Origin: Cetorhinus maximus
Taxonomy: Eukaryota
Assembly: GCF_964194155.1 (NCBI RefSeq)
Contig: NC_135899.1
Span: 25,110,001 to 25,174,000, forward strand
DNA: 64,000 nt
Direction of reading: 5' to 3'
Below, in pieces: positions 35,371 to 47,983 of the stretch (within the stretch, counting starts at the first letter, position 1; every line of letters starts with the position of its first letter). The notes below the pieces were generated by a model, which made no database searches, was not told where the DNA came from, and saw only the letters and a program-made list of their open reading frames with translations. Position numbers and translations under genes: made by a program.

Positions 35371-38300
35371 GTAAATGGAGTCAAGGAGGTTATGTTAAAC
35401 GTGTATAGAACACCGGCTCAGGCTCAACTGGGGCACTGAGTCCAGTTCTGGCCATAATACTTCAGGAAAGATATGAAGACTTTGGAAAGAGTGCAGCAAA
35501 GATTCACTAGAATGGTTCCAGAAACGAGGAACTTCAGCTGCCCAGATCGGTAGGAGAGGTCAGGGTTGTTTTCCCTGGAGGAGGGAAGGTTGAGAGGAGG
35601 TTTGATAGAGGTATTCAAAATCACGAGGGGTCTGGGCAGAGTGGATAGGAATAAAAGCTGGTGGAAGGGGTTGAGGACCAGGGGGCACAGACCTAAGTTA
35701 ATTGGCAAAAACAAAAGCAATGGAGACACGAGGGGAAGCTTTCTGGCACGGTGAGTGGTTAGGATCTGGAATACACTGCCTGAGAGTGTGGGGGAGGCAG
35801 GGTCAATCGAGGCAGCCAAGAAGGAATTGGATTGTCATCTGAAAAGGGAAAATGCGCAGGGTTACGGGAAGAAGGCTGGGGAGCGGCATTAGGTAAATTG
35901 CTCCTTCGGAGAGCTAGCGCAGGCACAATGGGCCGAATGACCTCCTCCTGTGCCGCAATCACTGTGTGAAAAGCGGGCAAGCTTTAACCCCTGCAGAATT
36001 TCATCTCGCCGCCCAAACTCCCACCAACCCCTCCAGCCCCCAACCCTCCGGGTTTTTGCAATGCTGATTTCTGCATTCTTACAGGATAATCTGAAATTAT
36101 CCTTGGATTCGGCCGCTAAGAGGAAGGCCACTGTTCTCAAGGCTAAATTTAACCAGAAGCAGAAGATTTCCCAAGTGAGGGTAAGGTGCTGTTTTGTGTC
36201 TTTTCTTTTATTTTTTTGCACCCCCCGGTTAGTTTTGTGACCTTCTATCGCGGTTGCATTGACAATGTTGTCCCGCGTTTTCGCTGTGTAGGAGCAGTCA
36301 CGCAACCTGCAGACCCACATCAGGTACGAGTTTGCTAAAATGCACCGGACTCTGAATGAAAAGGAGCAGCGTTTGAGCAGAGATCTCCAGGAACAGGAGG
36401 AGAGGATCTTGGAAGATATGCGAGAAAAACTGCGGGGGATTCAAGAGGTTCTGGATTCCATTGAGCGGGTGCTGTCCGAATTTCAAGCACAACTCGAACA
36501 GCCGGACATATTATCCCTTCTTAAGGTAAAGCGAGGAATTTAAGCCTCGTGCAATGGCGCCTGGCTGTGCGAAATTACCTCTCAAAACCCCTTGAGGGGA
36601 TAGTAAATTCTGCTCTCTGTTATCTGTTGGGGGTAAATCTGTTGGCTGTGGCGTAGCGGTATTGTTACTGGACTAGCATTCCAGAGACCCAGGCTCTTGC
36701 TCTGGGGGAACCAGGCTTCGAATCCCACTATGGCAAATAGTGAAATTTGAATTCAGTGAAGATCTAGAATTAAGAGACTGATGATGACCACAAGACCATT
36801 GCCGATTGTCACAAAAAAAACCCATCTGGTTCCTTAGGGAAGGAAATCTGCCATCCTTACCTGGTCTGGCCTACATGTGACTCCAGGCCCACAGTTATGT
36901 GTTTGACTCCTCAATTACTTCTGAATGGCCTGCCCCTTATTCTGAGGCTGTGTACCCTGGTTCTAGACCCCACCCCCAGCCAGGGTAAATATCCTATCTA
37001 CATCTGCCTTCTTGAACCGCTGCAGTCCACATGTTGTCGGAACACCCAGAGTGATGTTAGGAAATGAGTTCCAGGACTTTGACCCAGCGACAGTGAAGGA
37101 ATGGCGATATAGTTCTAAGCCAGAGCGGTGTGTGGCTGTGAAGGGGAACTTGCAGGTGGTGGTGTTCCCATGCATCTGCTGCTCTTTCCTTCTAGGTGGT
37201 AGAAGTCATGGGTTTGGAAGGTGCTGTCAAAGGAGCCTTGGCGAGTTACTCAGTGCCTGTTGTAGATGGTACACACTGCTGCAACTGTGCATTGGTGGTG
37301 GAGGGAATGAATGTTGAAGGTGGTGGATGGGGTGCCAATCAAGCAGGCTGCTTTGTCCTGGGTGGTGTCGAGCTTCTTGAATGTTGTTGGAGCTGCACTC
37401 ATCCAGGCAAGTGGAGAGTATTCCATCACACTCCTGACTTGTGCCTTGTATATGGTGGACAGGCTTTGGGGAAGTGAGCTACTCTCTCCAGAATTCCCAG
37501 CCTCTGACCTGCTCTTGTAGCCACAGTATTTTTATGGTCCAGTTCAGTTTCTGGTCAATGGTAACTCCCAGGATGTTGATAGTGGGGGATTCAGCGATGG
37601 TAATGCCATTGGATGTCAAAGGGAGATAGTTAGATTCTCTCTTGTTGGAGATGGCCTTTTTCAGGCACTTGTGTGGAGCGAATGTTACTTGCCACTCATC
37701 AGCCCAAGCTGATCAGCCTGAATATTGTCCAGGTCTTGCTGCATATGGACATGAAGGGAAAAGCAGAGTTAATGTTTCGAGTCTTATATGATTCTTCTTT
37801 AGAACTGTTTGGAGGACTGTTTAAAATTGGTGAAATTCTAGGTGCAGTTCTGTATTGTAGTTTTGGGTTTTTATTCTGTCTTAAACTGACTGACAAATCT
37901 AGATCTGCATTTCTTTTTATTTCAGGAAGAAGGTTCCTGGAACACGAGGTATAATATTCCTTTTTTAAAAATAGATAAAAGGAAAAACACATCAGCCTTT
38001 TAAAAACAACAAAAAACAGAAAAATATTTTTCCAATAATCAAAATTTTGTTTGCAGGTTTAGTGAAAAACATGATTCTATGGCATTGGTGGACACGGATC
38101 TTCCCTTGGGGATATTCAGAGGTCCCTTGCAATATATAGCGTGGAGAAAAATGATGGACTCCATCAGCCCTGGTAAAGAGATTCAAATGTTCTCAGCTGC
38201 TTCTTTAGGGGTAGATGGTGGTGTAGTGGCAGTGTCACTGGCCTGGTGCTCCTATAGCACAGGTTAATGCCCTGAGGGTCATGGGTTCAAATCCCACCTG

Positions 38301-41261
38301 AGCACCTGGCTGTGGCAAATGGATTTCAATGTAGGTAAATGTGAGGGGACTTTTTTTTTGGGGGGTGGCCTAGAAATGATAGCACAGGGTATGTTCATAA
38401 TGGTGAAAAGCTGGGAATATTGGAAGTTCAAAGATATTGGGGGAGGGGTGGGGGTTTCCAGGTACACAGATCATTAAAGTGTCATGAACAGGTACAGAAA
38501 ATAATCAAGAAGCTTGTGAAATGCTGGTCTTTCTATCTAGAGGACCAGAATGTAAGAGTAGGATCTTGTGGCCTAGGAGTGTCCCTCCCTCCAAGCAGTG
38601 GAGTTCGAGGCCCATTGCAGGGCTAGTCGGTCATGGAAGGTGTGTTCATGATGTAGCAAAACAAGATTGATTATCAATCCAGTCCTTCCAATATGCCAAG
38701 CAGGAGAGTCGCCTGGTCAGCCATGATCGACGTGGAGTGGCACCCCTCAAGCTATAGCCTCCGGTGACAGGCTAGCAACCCGTTCCACGAAAAACTAGCT
38801 ACAGGAAACAGTCGTAAGCATGTGCTTCATCTAACTTTTGCTTCTCTAGGTGTGGCAATAGACTCAAGGAGGAGAAGAACCCAAAGGGGTAAAAGTCATG
38901 CTTCAGTTTTACCAAACCCTGGTTAGACCATATGTGAAACACTGTGAGCAGTCCTGTACACTGCGCCTTAGGAAGGATAAATTGCCCTTGGAGGGAGTGC
39001 ACCACGATTTCCCAGAATGATCCCCGGACTTCAAGGCTTTAAATTAGGGGGGAGGGGGGCGAGGATACACAAACAAGGGTTGTATCCCTTGGAATTTAGA
39101 AGGTTAACTGATGATTTGATTGAAACTTTCAAGACATCATGGGCAATAAATAGTTTCTACCTGCCCCATTTCCACCAGCTGGGGAGTCTAAAACCAGCAG
39201 TTTTAGTCTAAAAATTGACGTCAGAGCTTTCAGGGGGTGACCACATGTGGAGTACGGTGTGCAGTATTCGTCTCCTTATTTAAGCAATGTGTAAATGCAT
39301 TAGAAGCAATTCAGAGAAGGTTTACTACACTAATGGGCAGTTGTCTTATGAGGAAAGGCTGGGCAGGCTAGGCTTGTATCCGCTGGAGTTTAGAAGAGTA
39401 AAAGGCAACTTGATTGAAACGTATAAGATCCTGAGGGGAGTTGACAGGGTGGATGTGCAGAGGGAGGGTGTTTCCTTATGTGGAAGAGTCTAGAACCAAG
39501 GGTCACTGTTTAAAAATAAGCCATCGCCCATTTAGGACAGAGATGAGTAAAACATTTTTCTCTCAGAGGGTTGTGAGAATTTGGAATTCTCCTTCTCAAA
39601 AGGTGGCTGAGGTAGAGTCCTTGAATATTTTTAAGGCAGAGGTAGACAGATTCTTGATAAGCAAGGGGGAGAAAGGTTATCCGGGGTAGGCAGGAAATGT
39701 GAGGTTAAAATCAGATCAGCCATGATCTTACTGAACGGCCTATTCCTGCTCCTAATTCGTACGTTCGTATGAGTGAAGCTGAGACACACTTCTGCTTTCA
39801 AAGGCTGTTAGAAGTTCGAATTTCACTTTCACAAATGGCAGTTGATGCCAGATAAATTATTAATTTTAAATCTGATTGATAGATTTCTGATAACCAAAAG
39901 GTGTTAAGAGATATGGGGCATAGGCAGGTATATGGAGTTAGGTCACAGGACAGGCATAGCCTTACTGAATGATGGAACAGGCTCGAGGGATTGAATGGCC
40001 TACTCCTGTTCCTATGACCCTACAAAGAGAACTGGAGATATGGAATTCCCTCCCACCATGAAGCTGTCAATGCTTAGGTAAAACGGAATTTTCAAGACTG
40101 AGATTGATAGATTTTTTTACAAGATAAGAGGACCAAAGGAAATGGAGCAAAGGCATAGCTTAACATGATCTAATTCAATAGCGGAATAGCCCAGGGTGGG
40201 GGATGATGGTAACATCACTGGACTACTAATCCAGAGGTCCAGACTAATGTCCTGGTGACATGGATTCAAATCCCACCACGCAATAAACCTGGAACATAAA
40301 GCGAGTTTCAGACCAGAACATTGATTGTTGTACAAACCCAGCTGCTTCACTACTGTCCCTTTAGGGAAGGGAACCCTGTCATCCTTGCCTGGTCTGGCCT
40401 ACATGTGATTCCAGGCCCGCAGCAATGCGGTTGACTCTTAGCTGCCCTCTGAAATGGTCTAGCAAGCCACTCAGCTCAAGAGCAGTTAGGGATGGGCAAT
40501 AAGTTCTGGTCTGGCCTGCGAATGCAACATCCCATGAAGGAGTTGAAAAAAAATTCAAAGGGTGGGATGGTCCACTCCTGCTTTGACACAAGCTTCCAGT
40601 GGCAAGGGTCCATCTTAGTAGGGAGCTGACTTCATGAGCTGTCATTCATGTTTCAGTAGGTGACCTTGGATAAGTTCATTGACTTATTTTTTTTATATGA
40701 TTCTTTTCCCCCTCAGTGCCAGCCGCTCTGACTCTGAATCCAAAAACGGCAAACCCCTGGCTTATCCTGTCCGAGGACCTGTCCAGTGTGAGAATGGGGC
40801 AGCAGCGGCAAATGCTTCGAGACACGCCCCAGAGGTTTGATCGCTGTGCGTGTGTCCTGGGATTGGAGGGATTCGCAGCAGGGAGGCACTACTGGGAGGT
40901 GGAGGTGGGGGACAAGACCGAGTGGGATCTGGGTGTGGCTAAGAAGTCCTGCAACAGGAAAGGGAGGATCAAGCGGATGCCCGAGGATGGCTACTGGAGA
41001 CTGGGCCTGCGGAGTGGAAATGAGTACACGGCTTTCACCACACCTCCTACATATCTGAGCCTGAGTGTGAACCCCAGGAGGATCGGGGTGTACCTGGACT
41101 ATGAGGGTGGACAAGTGTCATTTTACAACGCGGACGACATGTCCCACCTCCACACTTTCACCGACACTTTCACTGAAAGACTCTACCCGTGTTTCTGTCC
41201 CTGTTTGAGTGATAGTGGGAAGAATTCAGGGTTTATGAAAATCTGCTGGGTTGACCATTGA
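34960..41261 (+). CDS. TRIM E3 ligase, class C-IV (RING, B-box2, coiled coil, PRY/SPRY), 474 aa; TRIM39/TRIM69/A33/NF7-like
   Basis: Six GT-AG exons: 34960-35370, 36085-36180, 36292-36525, 37926-37948, 38057-38172, 40717-41261 (411+96+234+23+116+545 = 1425 nt, open throughout). The 96/234/23 exon pattern is typical of PRY/SPRY TRIMs. Confidence 0.93.
35380..35970 (+). mobile_element. CR1 3' fragment in TRIM intron 1
   Basis: [22 protein letters not shown]. Confidence 0.8.
36085..36180 (+). CDS. TRIM coding exon 2 (96 nt, coiled coil)
   Basis: ttcttacAG|GAT ... AGG|gtaagg. Confidence 0.9.
36292..36525 (+). CDS. TRIM coding exon 3 (234 nt, coiled coil)
   Basis: tgtgtAG|GAG ... AAG|gtaaag; [16 protein letters not shown]. 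Confidence 0.92.
36645..36930 (+). mobile_element. tRNA-derived SINE (V-SINE/HE1-like); further copies at 38220-38345, 40195-40555, 42130-42340
   Basis: A-box TGGCGTAGCGG, B-box-like GCTTCGAATCC, conserved TTAGGGAAGGAAATCTGCCATCCTTACCTGGTCTGGCCTACATGTGACTCCAG body. Confidence 0.7.
37003..37745 (-). mobile_element. Second-family LINE 3' fragment in TRIM intron 3
   Basis: Reverse complement of the family at 41247-41874. Confidence 0.8.
37926..37948 (+). CDS. TRIM coding exon 4 (23 nt)
   Basis: tttatttcAG|GAAGAAGGTTCCTGGAACACGAG|gtataa. Confidence 0.85.
38057..38172 (+). CDS. TRIM coding exon 5 (116 nt)
   Basis: tttgcAG|G ... CCTG|gtaaag; [16 protein letters not shown]. Confidence 0.9.
38410..40190 (+). 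mobile_element. Several nested CR1 fragments in TRIM intron 5
   Basis: ORFs 39017-39211, 39287-39493 and 39441-39689 carry CR1 C-terminal motifs. Confidence 0.75.
40717..41261 (+). CDS. TRIM coding exon 6 (PRY/SPRY, B30.2)
   Basis: [58 protein letters not shown]. Confidence 0.95.
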
Positions 41262-41874
41262 CCAGAAACTGAACTGGACCAGCCATATAAATACTGTGGC
41301 TACAAGAGCAGATCAGAGGCTGGGGATTCTGTGGAGTAACCCACCTCCTGACTCCCCAAAGCTTGTCCACCATCTACAAGGCACCAGTCAGGAGTGTGAT
41401 GGAATACTCTCCACTTGCCTGGATGAGCGCAGCTCCCACAACACTCAAGAAGCTTGACACCGTCCAGGACAAAGCAGCCCACTTGATTGGCATCACATCC
41501 ACAAACATTCACTCCCTCCACCACCAACACACAGTGGTAGCAGTGTGTACCAAGGCTCCTTCAACAGCACCTTCCAAACCCGCGACCTCTATCACCTGGA
41601 AGGACAAGGGCAGCAGACACATGGGAACACTACCACCTGGAAGTTCCCCTCCAAGGCACACGTCATCCTGACTTGGAAATATGTCGACGTTCCTTCACTG
41701 TCGCTGGGTCAAAATCCTGGAACTCCCTCCCTACCAGCACTGTGGGTGTACCCACATCACATGGACTGCAGTGGTTCAAGAAGGCAGCTCACCACCACCT
41801 TCTCAAGGGAAATTAAGGATGGGCAATAAATGCTGGCCCAGCCAGCAACGCTTGCATCCTGTGAAAGAATTCAA
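41247..41874 (+). mobile_element. 5'-truncated LINE inserted into the last codons of the TRIM gene
   Basis: [36 protein letters not shown]; TSD AAAATCTGC (41238-41246) / AAAATTTGC (41875-41883). Confidence 0.85.
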
Positions 41875-42409
41875 AAAATTTGCCTGCAGTGACAAGTAAA
41901 ATGAGTTAGTAGGTTGTGGCTTTTGCTGGCAAGGCCCTATTCATTGCACACCACTGAGAAGATGGTGGTTGGCTTTCTCCTTTATCAGCTGATGGAATTA
42001 TGGTGATGGGATTCTCACAATGAGGTTAGAATAGGGAACTCTAGGGTATTAGTCCAATGACAATGCAGGAATAGTGGCCCATATGCAAGTGTGATGATAA
42101 AGCAATCTTGGAGGTGATGGTGTTGTAGGTGGTGCAGTGGTGATGTCACTAGACCAGAAGGCCCAGGCCAATCCTCTTGAGGCATGGATTCAAAACCCAC
42201 CACAGCAGCTGGTGGAATTTAAATTTTGTTAATAAAATCTGGAGTGTAAAGCTATTCTCAGTATCACTGATTGTTGTAAAAACCTATCTGGTACATTACT
42301 GACCCTTTAGGGAAGGAAACCTGCCATCCTTATCTGGACTACACCTTTAATGCAATACATGCTGCTGAGAGAGTGTTACCCAACAGGCCTAGTAGCTTTC
42401 ACTCGTGAA

Positions 42410-45400
42410 CACACATTCCCTCTCCGCAACACACAAACTCTCTCTCCGCAACACACAAACTCTCTCTCCGCAACACACAAACTCTCTCTCCGCAACACAC
42501 AAGCTATCTTTCTGCAACATACACACTATCTTTAAGACACCTTCTCTCTGTAACACAATTTCTGTAAGACACTCTCCCTGTAACACACACGCGCTCTCTG
42601 TAACACTCTCTCTGCAACACACTCTGTAACGCAAATGCTCTGTAACACACACACTCTCTGTAACACACACACTCTCTGTAACACACACACTCTGTAACTC
42701 ACACGCTCTGTAACACACTCTCTGTAACACACACTTGCTGCAACACTCTGTAACACACACAATCTCTCTGTAACACACACTCTGTACCATACACACTCTG
42801 TAACACACACACGCGCTCTGTAACACACGCGCGCGCTCTGTAACACACGCGCGCGCTCTGTAACACACGCGCGCGCTCTGTAACACACGCGCGCGCTCTG
42901 TAACACACGCGCGCGCTCTGACACACACACAATCTCTCTGACACACACAATCTCTCTGTAACACACAATCTCTCTGTAACACACACTCTGTACCATACAC
43001 GCGCTCTGTAACACACACGCGCGCTCTGTAACACACACGCGCGCTCTGTAACACACACGCGCACTCTGTAACACACACGCGCGCTCTGTAACACACACGC
43101 GCGCTCTGTAACACAAGCACGCTCTGTAACACACGCACACTCTGTAACACACACACTCTGTAACACACACACTCTCTCTGTAACACACACACTCTCTCTG
43201 TAATACACACACACTGTAACACACACTCTGTAACACACACACTCTCTGTAACAATACACACACACTCTGTAACACACACTCTCTCTGTAACACGCACACT
43301 CTATGTAACAATACACACACACACTGTAACACGCACTCCCTGGGTGGAATTTTACGCCAGCGGAATTTTAGGGTCCCGCTGACGTCACTGGAGTTTAGAA
43401 TGGCGCGCTGCATTTTACGGCCTTGTCCCCGCTGCAATGGGGCCACAAAATTCTGGCCACTGTTTCTGAAACACACACTCTCTGAAGCACTCACTCTCTG
43501 TAACACGCACTCTCTCTATCTGTAACACGCACTCTCTCTGTAACAGGCGCACTCTCTCTGTAACACGCACTCTCTCTCTGTAACACGCACTCTCTCTCTG
43601 TAACACGCACTCTCTGTAACACGCACTCTCTCTGTAACACGCACTGTCTCTCTGTAACACGCGCTCTCTCTGTAACACGCACTCTCTGTAACACGCACAC
43701 TGTAACACGCACTCTCTCTCTGTAACACGCACTCTCTCTCTGTAACACGCACTCTCTCTCTGTAACACACACTCTCTCTCTCTGTAACACGCACTCTCTC
43801 TGTAACACGCACTCCCTCTGTAACACGCACTCTCTCTGTAACACGCACACTCTCTGTAACATGCACACTCTGTAACACGCACTCTCTCTGTAACACGCAC
43901 TCTCTCTCTGTAACACGCACTCTATCTCTGTAACACGCACTCTCTCTCTAACACGCACTCTCTCTGTAACACGCACTCTCTGTAACACGCACACTGTAAC
44001 ACGCACTCTCTCTGTAACACGCACGCTCTCTCTCTGTAACGCACTCTCTCTCTGTAACACGCACTCTCTGTAACACGCACTCTCTGTAACACGCACTCTC
44101 TGTAACATGCACTCTGTAACACGCACTCTCTCTGTAACACATGCTCTCTCTGTAACACGCGCTCTCTCTGTAACACGCACACTCTCTGTAACACGCACAC
44201 TCTCTGTAACACGCACACTCTCTAACATGCACACTCTCTGTGTAACATGCACACTCTCTGTAACATGCACACTCTCTGTAACACGCACACTCTCTGTAAC
44301 ACGCACTCTCTGTAACACGCACACTGTAACACGCACACTCTCTGTAACACGCACACTCTCTCTGTAACACGCACTCTCTGTAACACGCACACTCTCTCTC
44401 TGTAACACGCACACTCACTCTGTATCACGCACATTCTCACTCTGTAACACACACTCTCTGTAACATGCATACTCTTTCTCTGTAACATGCATACTCTTTC
44501 TCTGTAACACGCACACTCTCTGTAACACGCACACACTCTCTGTAACACGCACACACTCTGTAACACGCACACTTTGTAACACGCACACTCTCTGTAACAC
44601 GCACACTCCGTAACATGCACACTCTCTGTAACATGCACACTCTCTCTCTGTAACACGCACTCTGTAACACACACACTCTCTCTCTGTAACACGCACACTC
44701 TCTGTAACACGCACACTCTCTCTGTAACACGCACACTCTCTCTGTAACACGCACACTCTCTCTGTAACACGCACACTCTCTGTAACACGCGCACACTCTC
44801 TGTAACACGCACACTCTCTCTGTAACATGCACACTCTGTAACACGCACATTCTCTGTAACACGCACACTCTCTCTCTGTAACACGCGCACTCTCTGTTAC
44901 ACGCGCACTCCTTTGTAACACACGCACTCCTTTGTAACACACGCACTCCCTCTCTGTAACACACGCACTCCCTCTCTGTAACCCACGCATTCCCTCTCTG
45001 TAAAACCCGCACTCTCTCCCTCTCTGTAACACCCGCACTCCCTCCCTCTCTGTAACACCCGCACTCCCTCCCTCTCTGTAACACCCGCACTCCCTCCCTC
45101 TCTGTAACACCCGCACTCCCTCCCTCTCCGTAACACACGCACTCCCTCCCTCTCTGTAACACCCGCACTCCCTCCCTCTCTGTAACACACGCACTCCCTC
45201 CCTCTCTGTAACACCCGCACTCCCTCCCTCTCTGTAACACACGCACTCCCTCCCTCTCTGTAACACCCGCACTCCCTCCCTCTCTGTAACACCCGCACTC
45301 CCTCCCTCTCTGTAACACACGCACTCCCTCCCTCTCTGTAACACCCGCACTCCCTCCCTCTCTGTGACACCCGCACTCCCTCCCTCTCTGTGACACCCGC

Positions 45401-45885
45401 ACTCCCTCCCTCTCTGTGACGCCCGCACTCCCTCCCTCTCTGTAACGCCCGCACTCCCTCCCTCTCTGTAACACCTGCACTCCCTCCCTCTCGGTGACAC
45501 CCGCACTCCCTCCCTCTCTGTGACACATGCACTCCCTCCCTCTCGGTGACACCCGCACTCCCTCTCTCTCTGTAACACCCGCACTCCCTCCCTCTCGGTG
45601 ACACCCGCACTCCCTCCCTCTCTGTAACACCGGCACTCCCTCCCTCTCGGTGACACACGCACTCCCTCCCTCTCGGTGACACCCGCACTCCCTCCCTCTC
45701 GGTGACACCCGCACTCCCTCCCTCTCGGTGACACCCGCACTCCCTCCCTCTCGGTGACACCCGCACTCCCTCCCTCTCGGTGACACACGCACTCCCTCCC
45801 TCTCGGTGACACCCGCACTCCCTCCCTCTCTGTAACACCCGCACTCCCTCCCTCTCGGTGACACACGCAGTCCCTCTCTGTAACT
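42410..45885. repeat. CT/CA-rich satellite, block 1 (core CTCTGTAACAC); 26-bp subarray at ~44990-45860
   Basis: Directly visible tandem units; 26-mer CTGTAACACCCGCACTCCCTCCCTCT. Confidence 0.97.
43342..43458. mobile_element. 117-bp MITE with Harbinger-like TIRs inside the satellite
   Basis: GGGTGGAATTTT ... AAAATTCTGGCC imperfect TIRs; left end matches the TIR at 47974-47983. Confidence 0.65.
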
Positions 45886-47983
45886 CCGTGCCTGCCGGAA
45901 TCGGGCATGACTGGACAATATGGCGCGATCAGTTTCACGATGGAGGGCCGTGTTTCCTGCCATCGGACGTCAGGAACCTCATCGTAATACATCAGCATAT
46001 CATTATTAGGCCAGCCCACCGGAATCGTCACCCCCACTCCCCTCACTGAATCATCTGTCCATGTCAGCAGGAAAATACACCGACGTGCACATTACAACAG
46101 CACATTAGCGATGTGCCCTTGGCGGCCTGCACTTTGAGAGGGGCTCGGAGGTGAGTACACAGTAACGTTGTGCAGCACTCGCTGGTTTGCCTTCTGGACG
46201 TCAAGCTTGAGGAGCGTTGGGGGGGAGAGGAGGGGTGGCCAAGGGCAGCCCTGCCATTGAGGCGACTTGTGGAGGGGGTTTAAGGGCAGCCCTGCCATTG
46301 AATATAATGCACAAGCATTCGGGGAGGGGGGTAGGGTGGCCAAGGGAAGAGGCCGCACATTCGGGAAACCTGTTTAAAGTGACATTTCCTCTGCTGCTGA
46401 GGCAGTTCAGGCGCAGCCACGTTTGATATGATTGGAGTTGGGCCTCTAGCTTATCTACCCACTCAAGCAATGCAGAGGCATCAAAGTGCCACCAAGTGCT
46501 CCAGTCCTGGACAAAGGTCTCTATGGCGGCCGCCATCCTACCAGTATTGACCTCAGTGTGTTGGCATGGCGGGCGCAATCACCTCAGACTGAAGGAGGAC
46601 GGTATCCCCCATAGTACCTTGCAATCTGAAGAGTGCAGTGGACATCCCTTCCTGATGTCCCTGAACTTGAATTTGCAGCTCCAGCAGCTGTGTCATGACC
46701 GAGTCCAGAGGCTCCTCATCTGACTCGAGCTCAGCAAATTTCTGGCCTCCAGCAGTCCACCGAGTGCCAGAGTCCTGGGAAACCCCTGGCTCCACCTGCT
46801 GTGGATCAGACAGTGTGATGTGCTCACCAGATTGTGATCCTGAGGCTACTCTAAAGCTGGGTCCCACCGAGGTGTGTGTCTCTGTGGTGGTGAAGGGTGT
46901 GGGTGAGCGCTGTGACAGGACTTCAGGGAAGGTGCCTCGGGTTCCTCTTCAGAGGTTTCTTTGGGGCTTGATTGGAGGCCCTGGGTCATGGACTCTGTTT
47001 CCCAGATGTGCCTGTGAAAGCAAGGGAAGACAATTAGTGTGTGGCAGTGGCCTGTGAAAGAGGGCACATCACTCACAGCATGGTTGTCTGATGGATGTTG
47101 CTGGATCCTGACTTGGTGGGGCACCGCAACCTCATCGTCAGCACAGGAAGGTTCCAGATTGTCACCGGCCAGCTGGATGACTCTGTTTTCAAAATTGTGG
47201 GGACCTTGATTTCAGGCATTCCCCCACCAGTCTGTGACCTCTCTCTCTTATGTGCCAGCTTGTCCTGCATGGATAGGGATGGAGAAAGTGTAAGCAGGAT
47301 GCCTGCCAGGCCCGATGATAAGTGTGACTGGCCTGTGTGGGTGGTGAGTGGTCCCATGGACGGGATGAGGACAATGATGGTGAATGTGAGAGAGTGAATG
47401 GTGATGTCCCTTGAACCGGCAGTGAGTGAGGGCCCTGTGGATGTGTGATGGGTTTGTGAGTGTATGAGGTGAGAGTGATGAGAAGAGTGGCTTACCCTGG
47501 AGGAACGGAGGAGATCATTTATCCTCTTGTGGCACTGGGTGGCTGTCCTCTTTTGAAGGGCATTGGCACTGACCATTACTGCCACCGCCTCCCAAGCCTG
47601 GTTGGTCACATTACTGCCCATCCTGCAGCCCGATCGGGGGTAGAGGACATCACAGTGAGCCTCCACTGCGTCCAAAAGGAGCTCGAGGGACGTGTCATTG
47701 AACCTGGGGGCTGCAGTCTTTTTGCCTTTCAGGGCCATGTCCTCTTTGCAGTAGTCGTGGGCTGGAAGCACTGAGAGGTGTGCGTGCAGCTGGACTTTAA
47801 ATATGGCCCCCAGCGTGATGAATCGGCGAGGTGATGGCACGGCGGGCGAATAAGAGCTCATCCACCATGGAGACAGCGTGTTTCCTGGGAATGCATAATT
47901 ATTGGGTGGGTTTGGAACGATGCAACATGAAGAGCTGCCATTGTAGCTACCACACTTAGTGCAAATCTGGGACAATTCCACCC
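45886..47983 (-). mobile_element. PIF/Harbinger-type element carrying a decayed, spliced Myb/SANT-like gene; no transposase seen
   Basis: ATG 47738 MALKGKKTAAPRFND..LLLDAVE..VLYP..AWEAVA..RTATQCHKRINDL (exon 47738-47496, donor gtaag); exon 2 from 47264 DKLAHKRERSQTGGG; terminal AATTCCACCC at 47974-47983. Confidence 0.8.

Noticed and set aside
36645-36730. tRNA-like A/B boxes (also ~975, 38220, 40200, 42130)
   Set aside because: SINE heads with no cloverleaf, followed by SINE bodies.
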